A DNA stretch of 63,521 nucleotides, filler included, from Octopus bimaculoides (Eukaryota), in assembly GCF_001194135.2 (NCBI RefSeq). It is 4 parts of 3 records of this genome, joined end to end, with 100 filler letters (N's around TTAATTAATTAA, not from the genome) between each part and the next. Parts side by side here need not be neighbours in the genome. Positions count along the whole stretch, not along the records: positions 1 to 29,222 come from NC_068995.1; 3 more parts are not named here. One strand, 5' to 3'. Positions 12,227 to 25,172 of the stretch are shown one piece after another. A program made the position numbers and the translations under genes. The notes beneath the pieces were generated by a model that was not told the origin of the DNA, searched no databases, and was given only the letters and a program-made list of their open reading frames with translations. Each line of letters opens with the position of its first letter. The stretch's first letter is position 1.

Positions 12227-13496
12227 TATGTATGTATGTATGTATGTATGTATGTATGTATGTATGTATGTATGTGTGTGTGTGTATGTGTGTGTGTGTG
12301 TGTGTGTGAGTGTGTGTGTGTGTATGTGTGTGTGTGTGTGTGTGTGTGATATAGATATAGAAAAAGAGGGAGGGAAAGGAATAGACAGATAGAGATAGAA
12401 ACAGACAGAGAAAAAGACCGACCGACTGGCAGAGAGAAAAAGAGAAATGTATGTGTGTGTTTGTAACTTTTTAACATCTTTTCTTCGATTCTTGCATTTT
12501 TTCGCATTTTTTTCTCTAGCTAATGCTAATGTTGATGACATACACATGGGCGGTTGAAATGTTCAAAATTAAGTACATATATGATGTCTTCACTTCTCCC
12601 CAGGCGGGTTTTTGCCTTGGGAGTCTTTATTGGATATTTCCGTCCTTAACGTTTATTTGGTGTAATGATTATTTGAGCAACTATACAGCTGGAAAAGACC
12701 GTCGTAGCTTAATGCTTCGAGTAGTAGCAATAACTGCTTAAATAACTCGTTGTATAAACAAATAAAATTGGATCAATTCCTATAAACTGTAACTGTTTCT
12801 TTTGTATGAATGCAATCTTAACTCATGCAGGAGGTCGTACAGAAACAACATGTGGAACTCTTTTGTAAATCAAAACATATAACGTAAGCATCTTGCAGTG
12901 TTTTTCTTTGTGTGCTTACGTACCAAAAGTGTATTGTCACTGTTTGTGATGGGTATATATTAAATGTTGTTATGGCTTTCTGAAGAGACATGAAACGGAC
13001 ACAATTTTTAAATACTGAGTTTGATTTTCGAATTATTCTTCCAGGTCAACCATATTAGTAGTTGAGATGAATTTATATGGTCCTTGGCATGTTTAAAAGT
13101 GTTTGTTCAGATCTCATCTAACTTAATGTTAAATGTAAATTTCATCTTAGTTTTCTACTCAACTAAGCAATTATTACTTTATGATAATACATTGGTGATT
13201 TGTTTGGTATTGTTCCAAGGAAGTTGACCAGATAATGCTTGAATATGCTGTATGTTTTTTTTTTATCTGGTCAAGGTAGAAAAAGTAATGGTCTAAAGCG
13301 TGCTTAGCCATTTGTAGATTCTTGAATTACATATTAGCTGCATACTAGCAAGCTAGAAATACATGCTATCATAACTAACGTAATATGATCAGATTTCTAA
13401 AAGTTATTTAGAATCAAGGCTCTTTCAGCATAGGTTATTGTCAACAATGAATCTGAATTCTTCATGCTATTCGGTAAAAGAAAATCTAGGAATATA

Positions 13497-13548
<52 letters not shown>

Positions 13549-13982
13549 TTCAGTAATTCAGGGGTGTATGCCATTTCTTTTTCCAATAACCATTCTCTGT
13601 GAAGATTTATTTATATAGTAGCCCTAGTAAGGGGATATTCCTGATAGTACCAACTGTAACTGGAAAATTAGTGGTTTGAATACAAGGTGTTTAGGAGCCA
13701 GTTACACAATGCAAGCAGTATATTTGCTATTGTGCGAATTCCCACAAATGTTTTCGTCGACATTGATTCTAAATATCTAACTTTACGAAGGAACTATATA
13801 TAAGGTTATCCTGTTTTCGAGATTGATGAAATCAAATCATTGAATTAAACATTGAATTAGTTAATTAATCTGAAAATAATTGAGAACCTTGGATGTTCGA
13901 AAGTTGAAATCATTGGCCAACGTTATTATCAGCATTATTATTATTATTACTATTATTATCATTATTATTATTATTATTATTG

Positions 13983-14478
13983 AGTGAGAGAGCAGTGCAT
14001 GCAATCAAAGTGATACTGGGGTAAAATATACGAAGCCCATTATACCCATCATGACTACCCCTCTGATAAGGGTACACCAGACACATGCATCACAACCATA
14101 TGTGCGTGACATAGTGATCTCATATCAAGATAAACAGCGCATAACCTCGCAGGTGGGGCCCAGTTAGAATTTTCTTCAGGTCGAGTAGCCCACCCCGCTC
14201 AAAAGGTCCCTGAATAAGGTCTGTTTAAGGATGTTGACACCCATATTTCCAAAGGTGAATTATTCAAACCTCAAAGAATCCCTCTCAACGAATGGCTATG
14301 ATGCTCCTCCACTACTTCTGCTCATGATCAGAGATGCACATATCGCCAGCCACTAGAGGACATGCTCAACTGATTAAGGTCAAACAACTGACAAGCAAAT
14401 CTGTGGTATTGAGCAGAATATTTACTGTAGCCCATCTTTTATACCAAGACAAAACAATGTACATGATAACACTTCCAA
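13983..14478 (-). repeat. Unclassified interspersed repeat ending in a (TAA)n tail
   Basis: Non-coding, more GC-rich block bounded by (TAT)n at 13930-13982 and (CTT)n at 14480. Orientation is inferred from the tail. Confidence 0.45.
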
Positions 14479-14479
14479 T

Positions 14480-14718
<239 letters not shown>

Positions 14719-16619
14719 TATGTTTGATTTTTGCTTTGCATTTGTACAACTTGTACAGAGACATCAAGAGACTACAAATTAGAAGTTCATGTTGGTATTA
14801 TGCCTAGGATATCATATATTTACTTTTGCGCATAGTATTGTTCTAGAGAATGTTTAAGAAAACATAAGAAAATTATAAGTTTGTTTTAAAATTTGAGATT
14901 ATATAGACAGTATTTGACGTAGGATATGGGCAGTTCCCATGAGTACTATCTTTTGAATTTCTGCCATTTTGGGGTTTCCTGGTATCTGAGCTAGGTAGGA
15001 ATCCCCTTTTGCTATCGTTCTTAGGACACCTATGACAACAAGTATTGTTTTAATCGTGAGGTTCCACATTTGGCAATTTCTATTTCAAGATCTTTATACT
15101 TGCTCAGTTTTTGCTAGGTCTTGACAGATACATTTATGCCGATTGGGACAATCATATCAATGAGAAGGCATGATTTTCGCCTAAAGTCTTTCAATATAAT
15201 GTCTGGCCTATTTGCATCTATCTTTCTGTCAGTTTGAACGGTGAAGTTCCAGAGAAGTGAGATGTGATCATTTTCAAGCAGGTGGTTTGTATTCCCATCA
15301 GTTTTTATCATGGAGCAGGTCCAGGTTTTTGCAAATTACCTAGTGAATATATTGTGCTACTCTATCATGCCTGCTGAGATACTCCGTATGCTCAGGGAGA
15401 CAACATGATCAATGGTTTCATTTTGTTGTTTACATACACGACATGTTGGGCTACTGCCGTTCTTTAATATGTTAGCCTGGTAGTTCCTTTTAGGTAGGCA
15501 TTGATCTTGGGCTGTTATAATAAATCCTTCTGTTTCTGATTTTAAGCCAGAAGACACTAGCCATTGATTGGTAAAGATTTGTCAACAACGGCTCTATTAG
15601 CTCTCATTGAGAGGTTTTTCTTGCCATTTATCAGTAAGAATATCTAAGGCAGGCAGTAGTTTTAGCATGGGTTTTCATACGCTTAGCTTTTTCTGTGCTT
15701 GTTTCCAGTACGTCTAATTCTGGGATATGTTGTATTTGGAATTCACTTAGATATTCCTTTGCCTGTTTTGCTACCGAGTGTGACACTTTCTTGTTTAAGA
15801 CAAGTTTTGACATCCAGTCAACAGAGTTTTTCAAGCAATCTTCATTGTTAATTCCAGATGTAAAAGTCTACGGCCACCCTATTTTCTTGTCAGGTAAAAT
15901 CGTTCTATATCTGCCTTGGAGTGATGCATTCTCTGCATTCTCAACAATTTTCGTATGTTTCTGTCAATATTACATATTTCAGTAATTGACAAGTTAATGA
16001 TATTGAAACTGTAAGTTACGACAGATATGGATAAAGCATTGATTGCTTCGATTCTGTTTCTTGCATTTAGGTCTGTCTTGAGTATTGCCCTTACCCTGTG
16101 ATAACATTCTCTTCTGATTCATTCTCTCATCATTGAATGTTTGATTCCATCACCTTCAGATACTCCTAGGTATTTATAGCGCTCCGCTGGTTCTAACTCC
16201 TTTATGACATTCTGTTGGTCAAGATTAACGTTGGATGTTTCTGTCATTTTCCTTTTGATAAAGGTAACTTTTTCACATTTATCAAGGCCAAATTGCATTC
16301 TAATGTCATCACTGAATTGTTTAACAATCGCTAGTAAGCCCTGTAGCTGTTGGTCATTTTTTGCAAAAAGCTTTAAATCATCCATGTAAATGAGGTGATT
16401 TATATTTTTATCAAATATTTTATAGCCGTATTGTACATCATCAAGCAATTTCGAGAGAGTTATTAAGGCTAGACAAAAGAGGAATGGTGATAGAGAGTCA
16501 CCCTGGAAAATTCCACATGAAATACATCTCCAGCATTGAGAGATTCATTGTCACTGTTCAAAGTCAGTGTGGTTCTCCATGATCTCATATTACATACAAG
16601 AAGTTTCGCAGGGTAGGTT

Positions 16620-17506
16620 CTAGGTACATGGGTACATGTTTGGGTACATGGGGGTTAACACATACTTTTAAAACAAAACAATTTTATTTAATTATAATGT
16701 TAATAAATTATATTTTCAAAATGATTGCCATCATTTTCAATGCATAACTTGATGCGCCTTGCAAAATTCAGGTGAACTCGATTAAATAAGTCTACATTGC
16801 CGTCAATTTCAGCACACTGACTGGTAATGCGTTCTCTCATGTGGTTTCTCTTTCAACATACCCCAGAAAAAGAAGTCAAGGGGAGAAAGGTCTGGTGAAC
16901 GAGGGGACCATTCCACATGACCCCTTCTTCCAATCCAGTGAGGAAAAGTGTCATTAAGCCAATCTCTAACAGTTATGGCAAAATGGGCAGGGGCCCCATC
17001 CTGCTGAAACCAATTCGGAAATCCCTCGCTTAGGCACTCAATTTGAGGTATTAATTTGTTAAAAAGGAAAATTATTATAGCGTGGAAGGTGTTTATAAGC
17101 CATTTAAGAAACACACAAAAACCGTTAGATTCACTTCAACATTTAAATTTAATTTGTCAAAATATTTTCGTCGCTTTGAGACCGCGACCTGTTCACTGAC
17201 AAAATTCTGTGCAGCACAGAATTTTATCTGAACAGGTCGCGGTCTCAAAGCGACGAAAATATTTTGGCAAATTAAATTTAAACGTTGAAGTGAATCTAAT
17301 GGTTTTTGTGTGTTTCTTAAATGGCTTATAAACACCTTCCACGCTGCAATTGTTTTCGTTCCAGCACAGGATCCCAGATCAGGTCACTTGCTATGCAAGT
17401 ACATCTCCGAAAATTATTATTTCTTATATTTAATTGTTTATGTTATGATTGGTGGGTGTCCACAAAGTCTGGGTACTCCATGTACCTAGACTTTCTGGAC
17501 ACCCAG
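16620..17506 (-). mobile_element. IS630-Tc1-mariner (Tc3-like) transposon remnant inserted in the LINE
   Basis: WFQQDGAPAHF...WSPRSPDLSPLDFFFWG. Right TIR ends ...ctggacacccag|TA at 17506; partial left TIR tctaggtacatgg at about 16620. The LINE resumes at 17507, as shown by comparison with the 1-345 paralogue. Confidence 0.82.
17078..17346. mobile_element. Foldback/MITE: near-perfect 267-bp palindrome
   Basis: Arms 17079-17212 and 17214-17345 differ by 3 substitutions plus one small asymmetric loop. Ends ta|tagcgtgg...ccacgctg|ca resemble a decayed TA-flanked CAGCGTGG TIR. Confidence 0.8.
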
Positions 17507-19125
17507 TACATTTCCAGACATTTCTTAACCCAGCTATGTGGTAGACTATCAAAAGCTTTTTTATAATCTATCCAAGCTATCGACAAGTTTTTGTGTCGTT
17601 TGTGACAATCTTCCAAGATCATCTTATTGATGAGTAGCTGATCTTTACAACTATAGGTCACACGTTTACATCCTTTCTGCTCATTAGGGAATATGCCACT
17701 TTCTATTAAAAAAACTATAGGTATATTCAGTCAAGACAGATGTTACTATTTTATACATTGTTGTTAAGCAGGTTATGGGTCTGTAACTTTTTGGTTCATC
17801 TGTTTCTTCATTTTTTGGAAGTAGGAATATTACACCATTAACTAGCCAAGAGGGAATCAAACTAGGCTGTTGCAAAGCATTGTTCTAAAGTTTTGTTAGC
17901 AGTTTATGGCTCTCTGGGCAGGCATTCAACTAGAAGTTAGAAATTTTATCCTTTCCTGGAGGCTTACATTTGTTTGACTTCCTGAGAACAGATCTTACAT
18001 CCTCTACCTTGATGCCCTCTCATTTTTGTTCTTCTAAGGAGTCTAAGTCTATCAATCCATAGGGCCTTTTCATTGTGTGTTTTTTTCTTCTGCCCAAATT
18101 TTATTTCAAAATTCCTGCACTTCTTCTTTTGATGCGACAGACTTTAGTGTAACTGGTATTTGAGTAGGTTTGTACTGTATTATATATATTTGTGAGGAAA
18201 TACATGACATGTATTTCTCCCCTAGACCATTTTTCATTCTTTTTCGGTTGGTTATTTGATAACAAGCATGGATTTCCATCTGTTGAAATATTCCGGTTGC
18301 GGGGTACTTCCAGCTCCAATGTGTTTCGGGAAGATTTGATCCAGTAGCTGATTTTTCGTACTCAATCTGGTTCCTCACTCGGGTACGCGGCTCTTGATGT
18401 TCCGGGTGACGGCAGATTTGGTTTGTATTTTGCTTTGTTACCATTGAGGCACGAGGAGCTTGGACGTTGACATTTGGGGACGGATCTGTCTGTTTAGAGT
18501 TAATTGTTTGAGACAACACCGTCTCCGCGTTCGCTGAATTAAAACATTGCTCGTAACGTAGCGTCTTAAAGCTAAGAGATCTGTATTCGCCTGTACTTTT
18601 TTTGTTGATAGATCTATCGCCAGGTATAGTTTTTTGTGGTGTTTTAAAACTTATGAATTGTTCACTCTGTGTTAGTTCGAAAAAAAAAAAAATGTTCTTT
18701 TTTTTTCGTTTGTGAAACGTATTTTCCCATGCGTGTATGTGTGTCCTGTAAATTTCACGTAGTTGTGTAACCATTGGGATGTATGTGTAGTCCTATGGGT
18801 ATTGAAATATATATATTATATATATGATTATGTAGACATTCGAGTGTATGCGTAATTAATCAATTTATATACTGTTTTGTTCCACTTATATTTTATGATT
18901 TGTAAACTTTCCAATGTTGATTTCACATATATCTTTCGCACATGTTTCACTGAGACATCGTGAATAGGAGAAACTATGCTTTGTATGGCAGTAAAATTTC
19001 GTTTTTGTGATTATTTTCGCTAAAAGGCGCTTCCTTCAAGTCTTTTACAGGTTCCTTTATCCCATTCCACCAATGTTATTAGATTAGATTTGTTTTTGAA
19101 TGGAAAAACCGGTGTAGCACATCCA

Positions 19126-19269
<144 letters not shown>

Positions 19270-19319
19270 GGTGGCGAGCTGGCAGAATCAATTTAACCAT
19301 TTCCAATATCCCCAAGTAC

Positions 19320-20960
19320 TTATAGCCCTTCTCTTCTATTTACTTCATAACCTCCCCCAACAGTATCGCTTGCCCGTCCATACTTAATTTTGCCTTTCTT
19401 CAAGACTAACACACCACACTTTTTCAGTCCGAACTCCATTCTGATATCAGCAGTGAAAGTGTACACCGTGTCAACAATGGAACTGAATTGGAATTCATCC
19501 TTGCCATAAAGTTTGAGGTCATCCATGAATAGCAAGTGGTAGACTTTTTGTTGGCGGCTCTTGAATACATACCCAACCTTTGCTTTCCACAGTATCAGTG
19601 TTAGTTGTATCATGCACAGTACAAAGATCAGTGAGGGCAGCAGTCCCCGTGGAAGATGCCTCTCATGATTTCTATTGTCTCTAAACTTATTCCATATGCT
19701 GTCATGTTCGTCCTCCACTTTGCCATACTTTTCCAAGCAATCGTTCAACATTCGTTACAATACCAAATACATTCCATAATCCAAGAATATGGGATCATAT
19801 CGTATGCTTTACGATAATTGGTCCATGACATGGCTAAGTTAGTTTCCTCCTCTTGCAGTCTTTATGTACAATTTTGTCTACCAGGACTTGATCCTTGGTA
19901 CCTCTGTACTTACGTTTGCACCCTTTCTGCTCATTGGCAAGACTCCATGTTTTTCCATATATCCGTACTCTGCGACTATTCCAGTCAATAATTTCCACAT
20001 AAGTAACAAGCAGGCCTACCCATTGTTAACCACTCTGGTATTAATTACTTGGTCGGCATTTAACAAGGTGTTGAGTTGTGCAGCTATTCGTGCATGGCAT
20101 TTACCAAAGTTTTTGATCCAGTAGCCTTGAACTCCATCTGGTCCCGGGCCCTTTCAGTTGCCCACTTTTTTGCTGATTTTCTTCACTTTCCTAATTGAAA
20201 TGACTAGTTCTGTCTGTTTTGGATAGCCTACTGCTTATTTCAGTTCTTGCAACCATTCAGCATCCTTTTTGTGTTCCTTGTTTTTGCTCCAGATGTCACT
20301 CCAAGACCTTGGACTTTCAATGTTATCTGGTATCAACTTTTCTTCTGTACAGTCTAAATTTATTTCTTTATAGAGTCTCTTCTGATCTACTCTGAATAAC
20401 CTATTCTGCTGGTATTCATTCTTCGGTCGTATCTTACCATCTTTGCTTTCTTTGCAACGAGGCGCTGTTTCCGTTCCTCCACTAATACTTTCAGGCCTAT
20501 TTTTTTTTCATTATCATACTTCCTGTTCAGTGCCCTGTATTTTTGTTGGCTTTTAAGCTCCCCCTTTTCTTTTCGGTTTAACACAGAAATGTCCTTCGAG
20601 AGCATATCTTACCCCGCCTGTATTCTTCTTTTCCACCATAGATCTTTTCTTTTGTCACTCCCATTATACTTATTCTTCGTGACATCAACACTCATATTTT
20701 CTGATACAACAATACTTGCTGCCTTAATCAAATTGTTTGTTTCTGTGATGTTTTTTGTTCTGATGTATTTCAGAATTCACATTTTTCGTTACTTGATTCA
20801 ATTTCCACCAATCAGGTTTTTTAAGGTTGCAAATAATGTTGCTCTCGTTCTCTTGTAGCCTTGTCTTTATTCTGTCGTAGATTGTCTTTTGCCCATCTGT
20901 CATGTCACCATTAGTTTTATTGCCTTCTTCCAGACCAACTAAATGTCTCTCATAGAGCAA
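19320..20960 (-). mobile_element. Second R4/Dong-like LINE fragment (different subfamily)
   Basis: HLLFMDDLKLYGK...DIRMEFGLKKCGVL and GPGPDGVQGYWIK motifs; N-terminal QRLVAKKAKMVRY region. Confidence 0.82.
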
Positions 20961-21098
20961 GCTACCACTGTTCCTTTCTTGTGTTTATTAGAGATCTCAC
21001 ATCTGTTTTCTGCTATGAGATTACTTTTATCAGTAAGAACTGTATTTTCTTAGTTTCCTCTGCTGCTGTTTTCCAATACCCGTCTTTTGATAGCTTCG

Positions 21099-21099
<1 letters not shown>

Positions 21100-21151
<52 letters not shown>

Positions 21152-21345
21152 CGTTTTCCCCCTTACAGCTTGAAAAGTGGTGTTCGTTTGTGTACATCTC
21201 GACACCTTAACGGTTCGGTAAAAAAGACGGATAAATTAAACTTAAAAGAATATGTACTCATGTCAATGTATTCAACAAAACTCTTGAAGACGACACCCCT
21301 GCAAGGCCACAGTCTAGTGACTGAAGCAATTAAAAGAAAAAGTTA
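21100..21345 (+). mobile_element. SINE family B, 3' half
   Basis: (TG)n followed by gcttga...ggccacagtctagtgactgaagc. Confidence 0.6.
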
Positions 21346-22501
21346 TTGACAGTTGTGAAATCTTCAGCGGTTTTGGACTGTTGTCAGCCGTTCTGGACAA
21401 TTCATTCAAACTTTTGGATCTAAGTATCTCTACTCAGATTAGTAATTTATTTATATATACTTTGGCACACTTTGTTATGTTACTGAGTGTGAAATAGTAT
21501 GAAAAGTTGGGGATGTGGGAGGAAGATTTACACGTGAGACTTTTCTGAATTCCAACATCAAACTTCTACCGTTGTTATGATCTAAATTCCAGTGACGAAG
21601 CTTGAAATATTTTTTATTAGAAACAGCTTCTTTATGGGAATAACTCAAAGAACTTAAAAATAAGACAAATGCATACAACGGAATTCAGTACGTTTAGTCG
21701 CTATAGTGCATCCAGATATTATAACCTTTTGAGCTTTATAGTTTATCTGAGAAAGTGGCATCACTGCTTAAGCTTTGACCAAGGAAATGAAGACGGGATT
21801 TAAATAGAAGGAGTCGGGGGAAGGTCAAGCCAGAGGCCGTGTGAGAAGATTAGAAATCTAGAGTGCAGGGTGAACGAGAGAGGAGAAATCAAAGAATTAC
21901 AGAAGGAATGTAGAAAGAGTCAAACGTTGCAAAAGGAAATTTGGAAGCGTCTAAGAAAGAAAGAACGAAATGCAAACGGAAAGTAGGAGCACTGACTCAA
22001 AGTAACAGTAACTGGAAATGATAATTAGGCGTAAAGGATCTCATAGAATATTCTTTATTATGAATGAATAAAATGTGTAGATCGTAAAAAGATTGTAAAC
22101 TCATATACACGCATTCACGGTACACGTACACCCACAGTAGAATACATGTACACATATACTCACATTCGTATACGTACACATACATGCATAATTTCATTTT
22201 GGGAACACACACACATACCCTTACATTAGCATGTATTTATCACCATCCATATATGTATAATTATTAATAGAGTCAAGGATCTTTTATTTGTTTCAGTATT
22301 GCACCATCCTGGGGCACCGCTTTGAAAGGTTTAGTCAAACAAACTGACTCCAGTATTTATTTTTAAGTCTGGTTTAGTCTATCAGTTCTTTTTGCCAAAC
22401 TAATAGGCTACTGGGACAAAAGCAAACTAACACCAGTTGCCAAGAGGGAACAAACGCAACACAAAGATGCACTCATATACTTATATATATAGGAACATAC
22501 A

Positions 22502-22538
<37 letters not shown>

Positions 22539-23727
22539 ACACGCACACATATTCCAGCTATACTATTCCTACAATTTCCGAAAGACCTGCCGTTGAGTGA
22601 ATGTCTTTTGGTTGTGCTGTGTCCAGGACTAAAATCATACTACTCTTCGGCAGGCTTGGGCTCAACAATCTCCCTACATTTCTTTTCCAGACACTTTGTG
22701 TAGACTTTACCAGGGAAGCTCAACAAAGATTAGAGTACTCTTTCTTATTTCCTTTTTTAACAATTAGAGTTATCACTCCGGATTGCCATTGGTTTGGTGT
22801 CTATCTTATGGCAAAAAGAGAAAAACAAATGAAAGTCAGTCTGGTAACATTTCTTTCAATGACAGTATCCGACAGAAAATGCTGCAGACATCTAGGGAAG
22901 GATAAAAGATATATACCATTTTGGGATATGTAACAATGAACACGTAACTAGGGAATTTTACACCGATGAAAAAATTATCCTGAATACTGTCTATATACAA
23001 TAAACCAGTGGAATATAACGTGTTCGCCGCACCGGTATTCATACAAATATTTAGGCTACTCGATTGAATGCCAGATGAGATCTATGACATAAGAAAATTA
23101 TCAGCCGCCATCAAAAATTTCCCTTCATATTACCACACAAGTGTACGTTTTTGAAATCCAAGAACAAAAATTGATAACCTGATGCTTAAGGTGGTTATAG
23201 GTATAATACCAAGATGAGACAACTGATGCAGACTTGTAAAGGGTCAAGACTAAAATACGGCAAGCTTTCTTTTTATAATTCTGAAATTACTGGATAATAT
23301 TGATTTTTGTTTGACAAGGTACAAAGAAAAAAAAAAAGGAAAGAAAGAAAGGAAGAAAACAGCCGTTTCGAGAGTTTCTCTGATGGTGACTACCGCAGTA
23401 TAGTTTGTCTTATAGAACACCCACGTTTAAGTGGAGATAAATACTACCTCTCAGTTTTAATACTGCCTCTGTCACTAATATGCTCTATATTTTAAAATCT
23501 TCGTGTGTATAATTTTAATATGCATAAATGATTTCAAATGTAACCAGCGTGATTATTTGTTAACCGTTACCTAAATACATAGCAAATACATAGACTACTA
23601 TCCTCGGATCTACCATTACTCTTATCATCACCAATGTCATGGTCATTCGTATTGCTATCATCATCGTTATTGTATATGGATCACCAGTAATTGCTCTATT
23701 ATTTTCTTGTATTATTTCTATTTGTAG

Positions 23728-23957
23728 GTTTCTTGGAGTATCATCACTGAGTACCCTGCATGGAGACACTTGCAATGAAGTACCTGGATTAGTGTGGAGG
23801 CAAATAGAAGTATGTCGTAACAATCCTCAGACACTCTATTGCATCAGTGAAGGTGCTAGGAAAGGAATTATGGAGTGCAAAGCACAGTTTCGTTATGAAC
23901 GTTGGAACTGTACAACCCAACGGAATCTTTCGGTGTTTGGACAAACTTTAACTAAAG
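23728..23957 (+). CDS. Wnt: Internal coding exon (typical exon-2 position) of a Wnt-family ligand; subfamily unresolved (WntA-like is a guess)
   Basis: Translates (W)FLGVSSLSTLHGDTCNEVPGLVWRQIEVCRNNPQTLYCISEGARKGIMECKAQFRYERWNCTTQRNLSVFGQTLTK(G), with the Wnt N-terminal C..PGL..Q..C / EC..QF...RWNC / VFG motifs. Acceptor tttgtag|G at 23727/23728 after a pyrimidine tract; donor AAAG|gtaaca at 23957/23958. The 230-nt exon is phase 2 to phase 1, as in Wnt genes. Confidence 0.93.
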
Positions 23958-24261
23958 GTAACATTACTTTCATTATCGTTAAATCATCAGACAAAATGCC
24001 ATGAGGTAATTACGGCTTTTTTGTATCCTGAGATCAAACCGCACTGGAGTCAACACTGATTTCAATCTTTCTGAGTCGATGAACTAAATGCTACTCAAAT
24101 ACTGTTGTCAGTACTATCGACTAATCCCTCACACCCAAATTTCTAGGCTTGTACCCCTGTACGGAACCATTATTACATATAACTTCTCCGCAATCCTTCT
24201 GAACTTCTCTCCCTTACTTAACATCTTTTTAAAAACGTTGTTTATTATTATTTTTCTGTTT

Positions 24262-24325
<64 letters not shown>

Positions 24326-25112
24326 TCATGTCTATTATATTAATTGAGTGAACGAATAAATAATACCGGAATTTATCAATCATGTCACTCTCTAATGTAG
24401 TAAACTTTAAAACAATATAACATTTTAAATGGTTTCTTTTGAACAGCGTCGGCAGCTTTCTTTGAACATGATTTGATAGGGTCAAAATATTCTGCTTGGG
24501 TCCTGCTATCCGCGTATAGAAGCACGTTCTGCCTTTATGGACGAAGTTGCGAAGTTTAATGACATATTCAAAATAGGAATACCTTTAACGGTTCTTTAGC
24601 TTACCACCGCATTCGGTTATCTACCTCTTCTTTTTTGTTTTCGATTGAAAGATTGTAGTCCCACCCATTTAGCATTTCTTAAGTGTTAGTAATCCTGATT
24701 AGAAATTTTACTTGATGATTTGTTGATTAATCAACATGTTGCCGCTTGCTTGTTTATTTGGTTGGCCTGATGAGTTGAGAGTATGCAGCATATTACGTAA
24801 TCTTATGAATGTTGTTTATATTGCATACCTAACTGTATTATGCTTACGTCACAATAAAACCTCTCAACGAAACAAATGTAGCAACTACCAGATAACCCAG
24901 TTGTCCGTTTTTGTGTGTTTTTTCTTACAACACGTTTAATGTTCCATTCATCGTTTGATACTTTTGAATAATATTGCAGTTGTGGATTACATAACAACGG
25001 TGAACTTCCCTACATCGAAACATTCCGTGCTATGATAATGGATATCATAACTTTCTGCTTTGCGTTATTCTGGGTGGGACCCTTGTAAATCAAAATTATA
25101 TATATGTATGTA

Positions 25113-25168
<56 letters not shown>

Positions 25169-25172
<4 letters not shown>

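Larger units (their letters stand above)
14719..18780 (-). mobile_element. R4/Dong-like RLE non-LTR retrotransposon, degenerate, internally deleted and interrupted
   Basis: [60 protein letters not shown] and LLWNFTVQTDRKIDANRPDI motifs in order. The 3' end runs into (TAA)n at 14718. An N-terminal KWSRGE-like segment lies near 18230. The 5' boundary is approximate. Confidence 0.88.

Noticed and set aside
18590-18650. Possible HDV-like ribozyme at the LINE 5' end (CCTG...CAGG-CGAAT on the minus strand)
   Set aside because: Only a P4- and J4/2-like fragment; I could not find P1, P2 or P3 partners.
18106-18774. 222-aa minus-strand ORF
   Set aside because: No recognisable motifs. It overlaps the probable 5' region of the R4/Dong element, whose coding frame appears to be a different one.
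22780-22800. CATTG|GTTTGG as donor of Wnt exon 1
   Set aside because: Weak donor consensus and no convincing signal-peptide ORF upstream.
24766-24812. CTGATGA plus GTTG/CAGC stem
   Set aside because: GAAA box absent and stem I does not pair.
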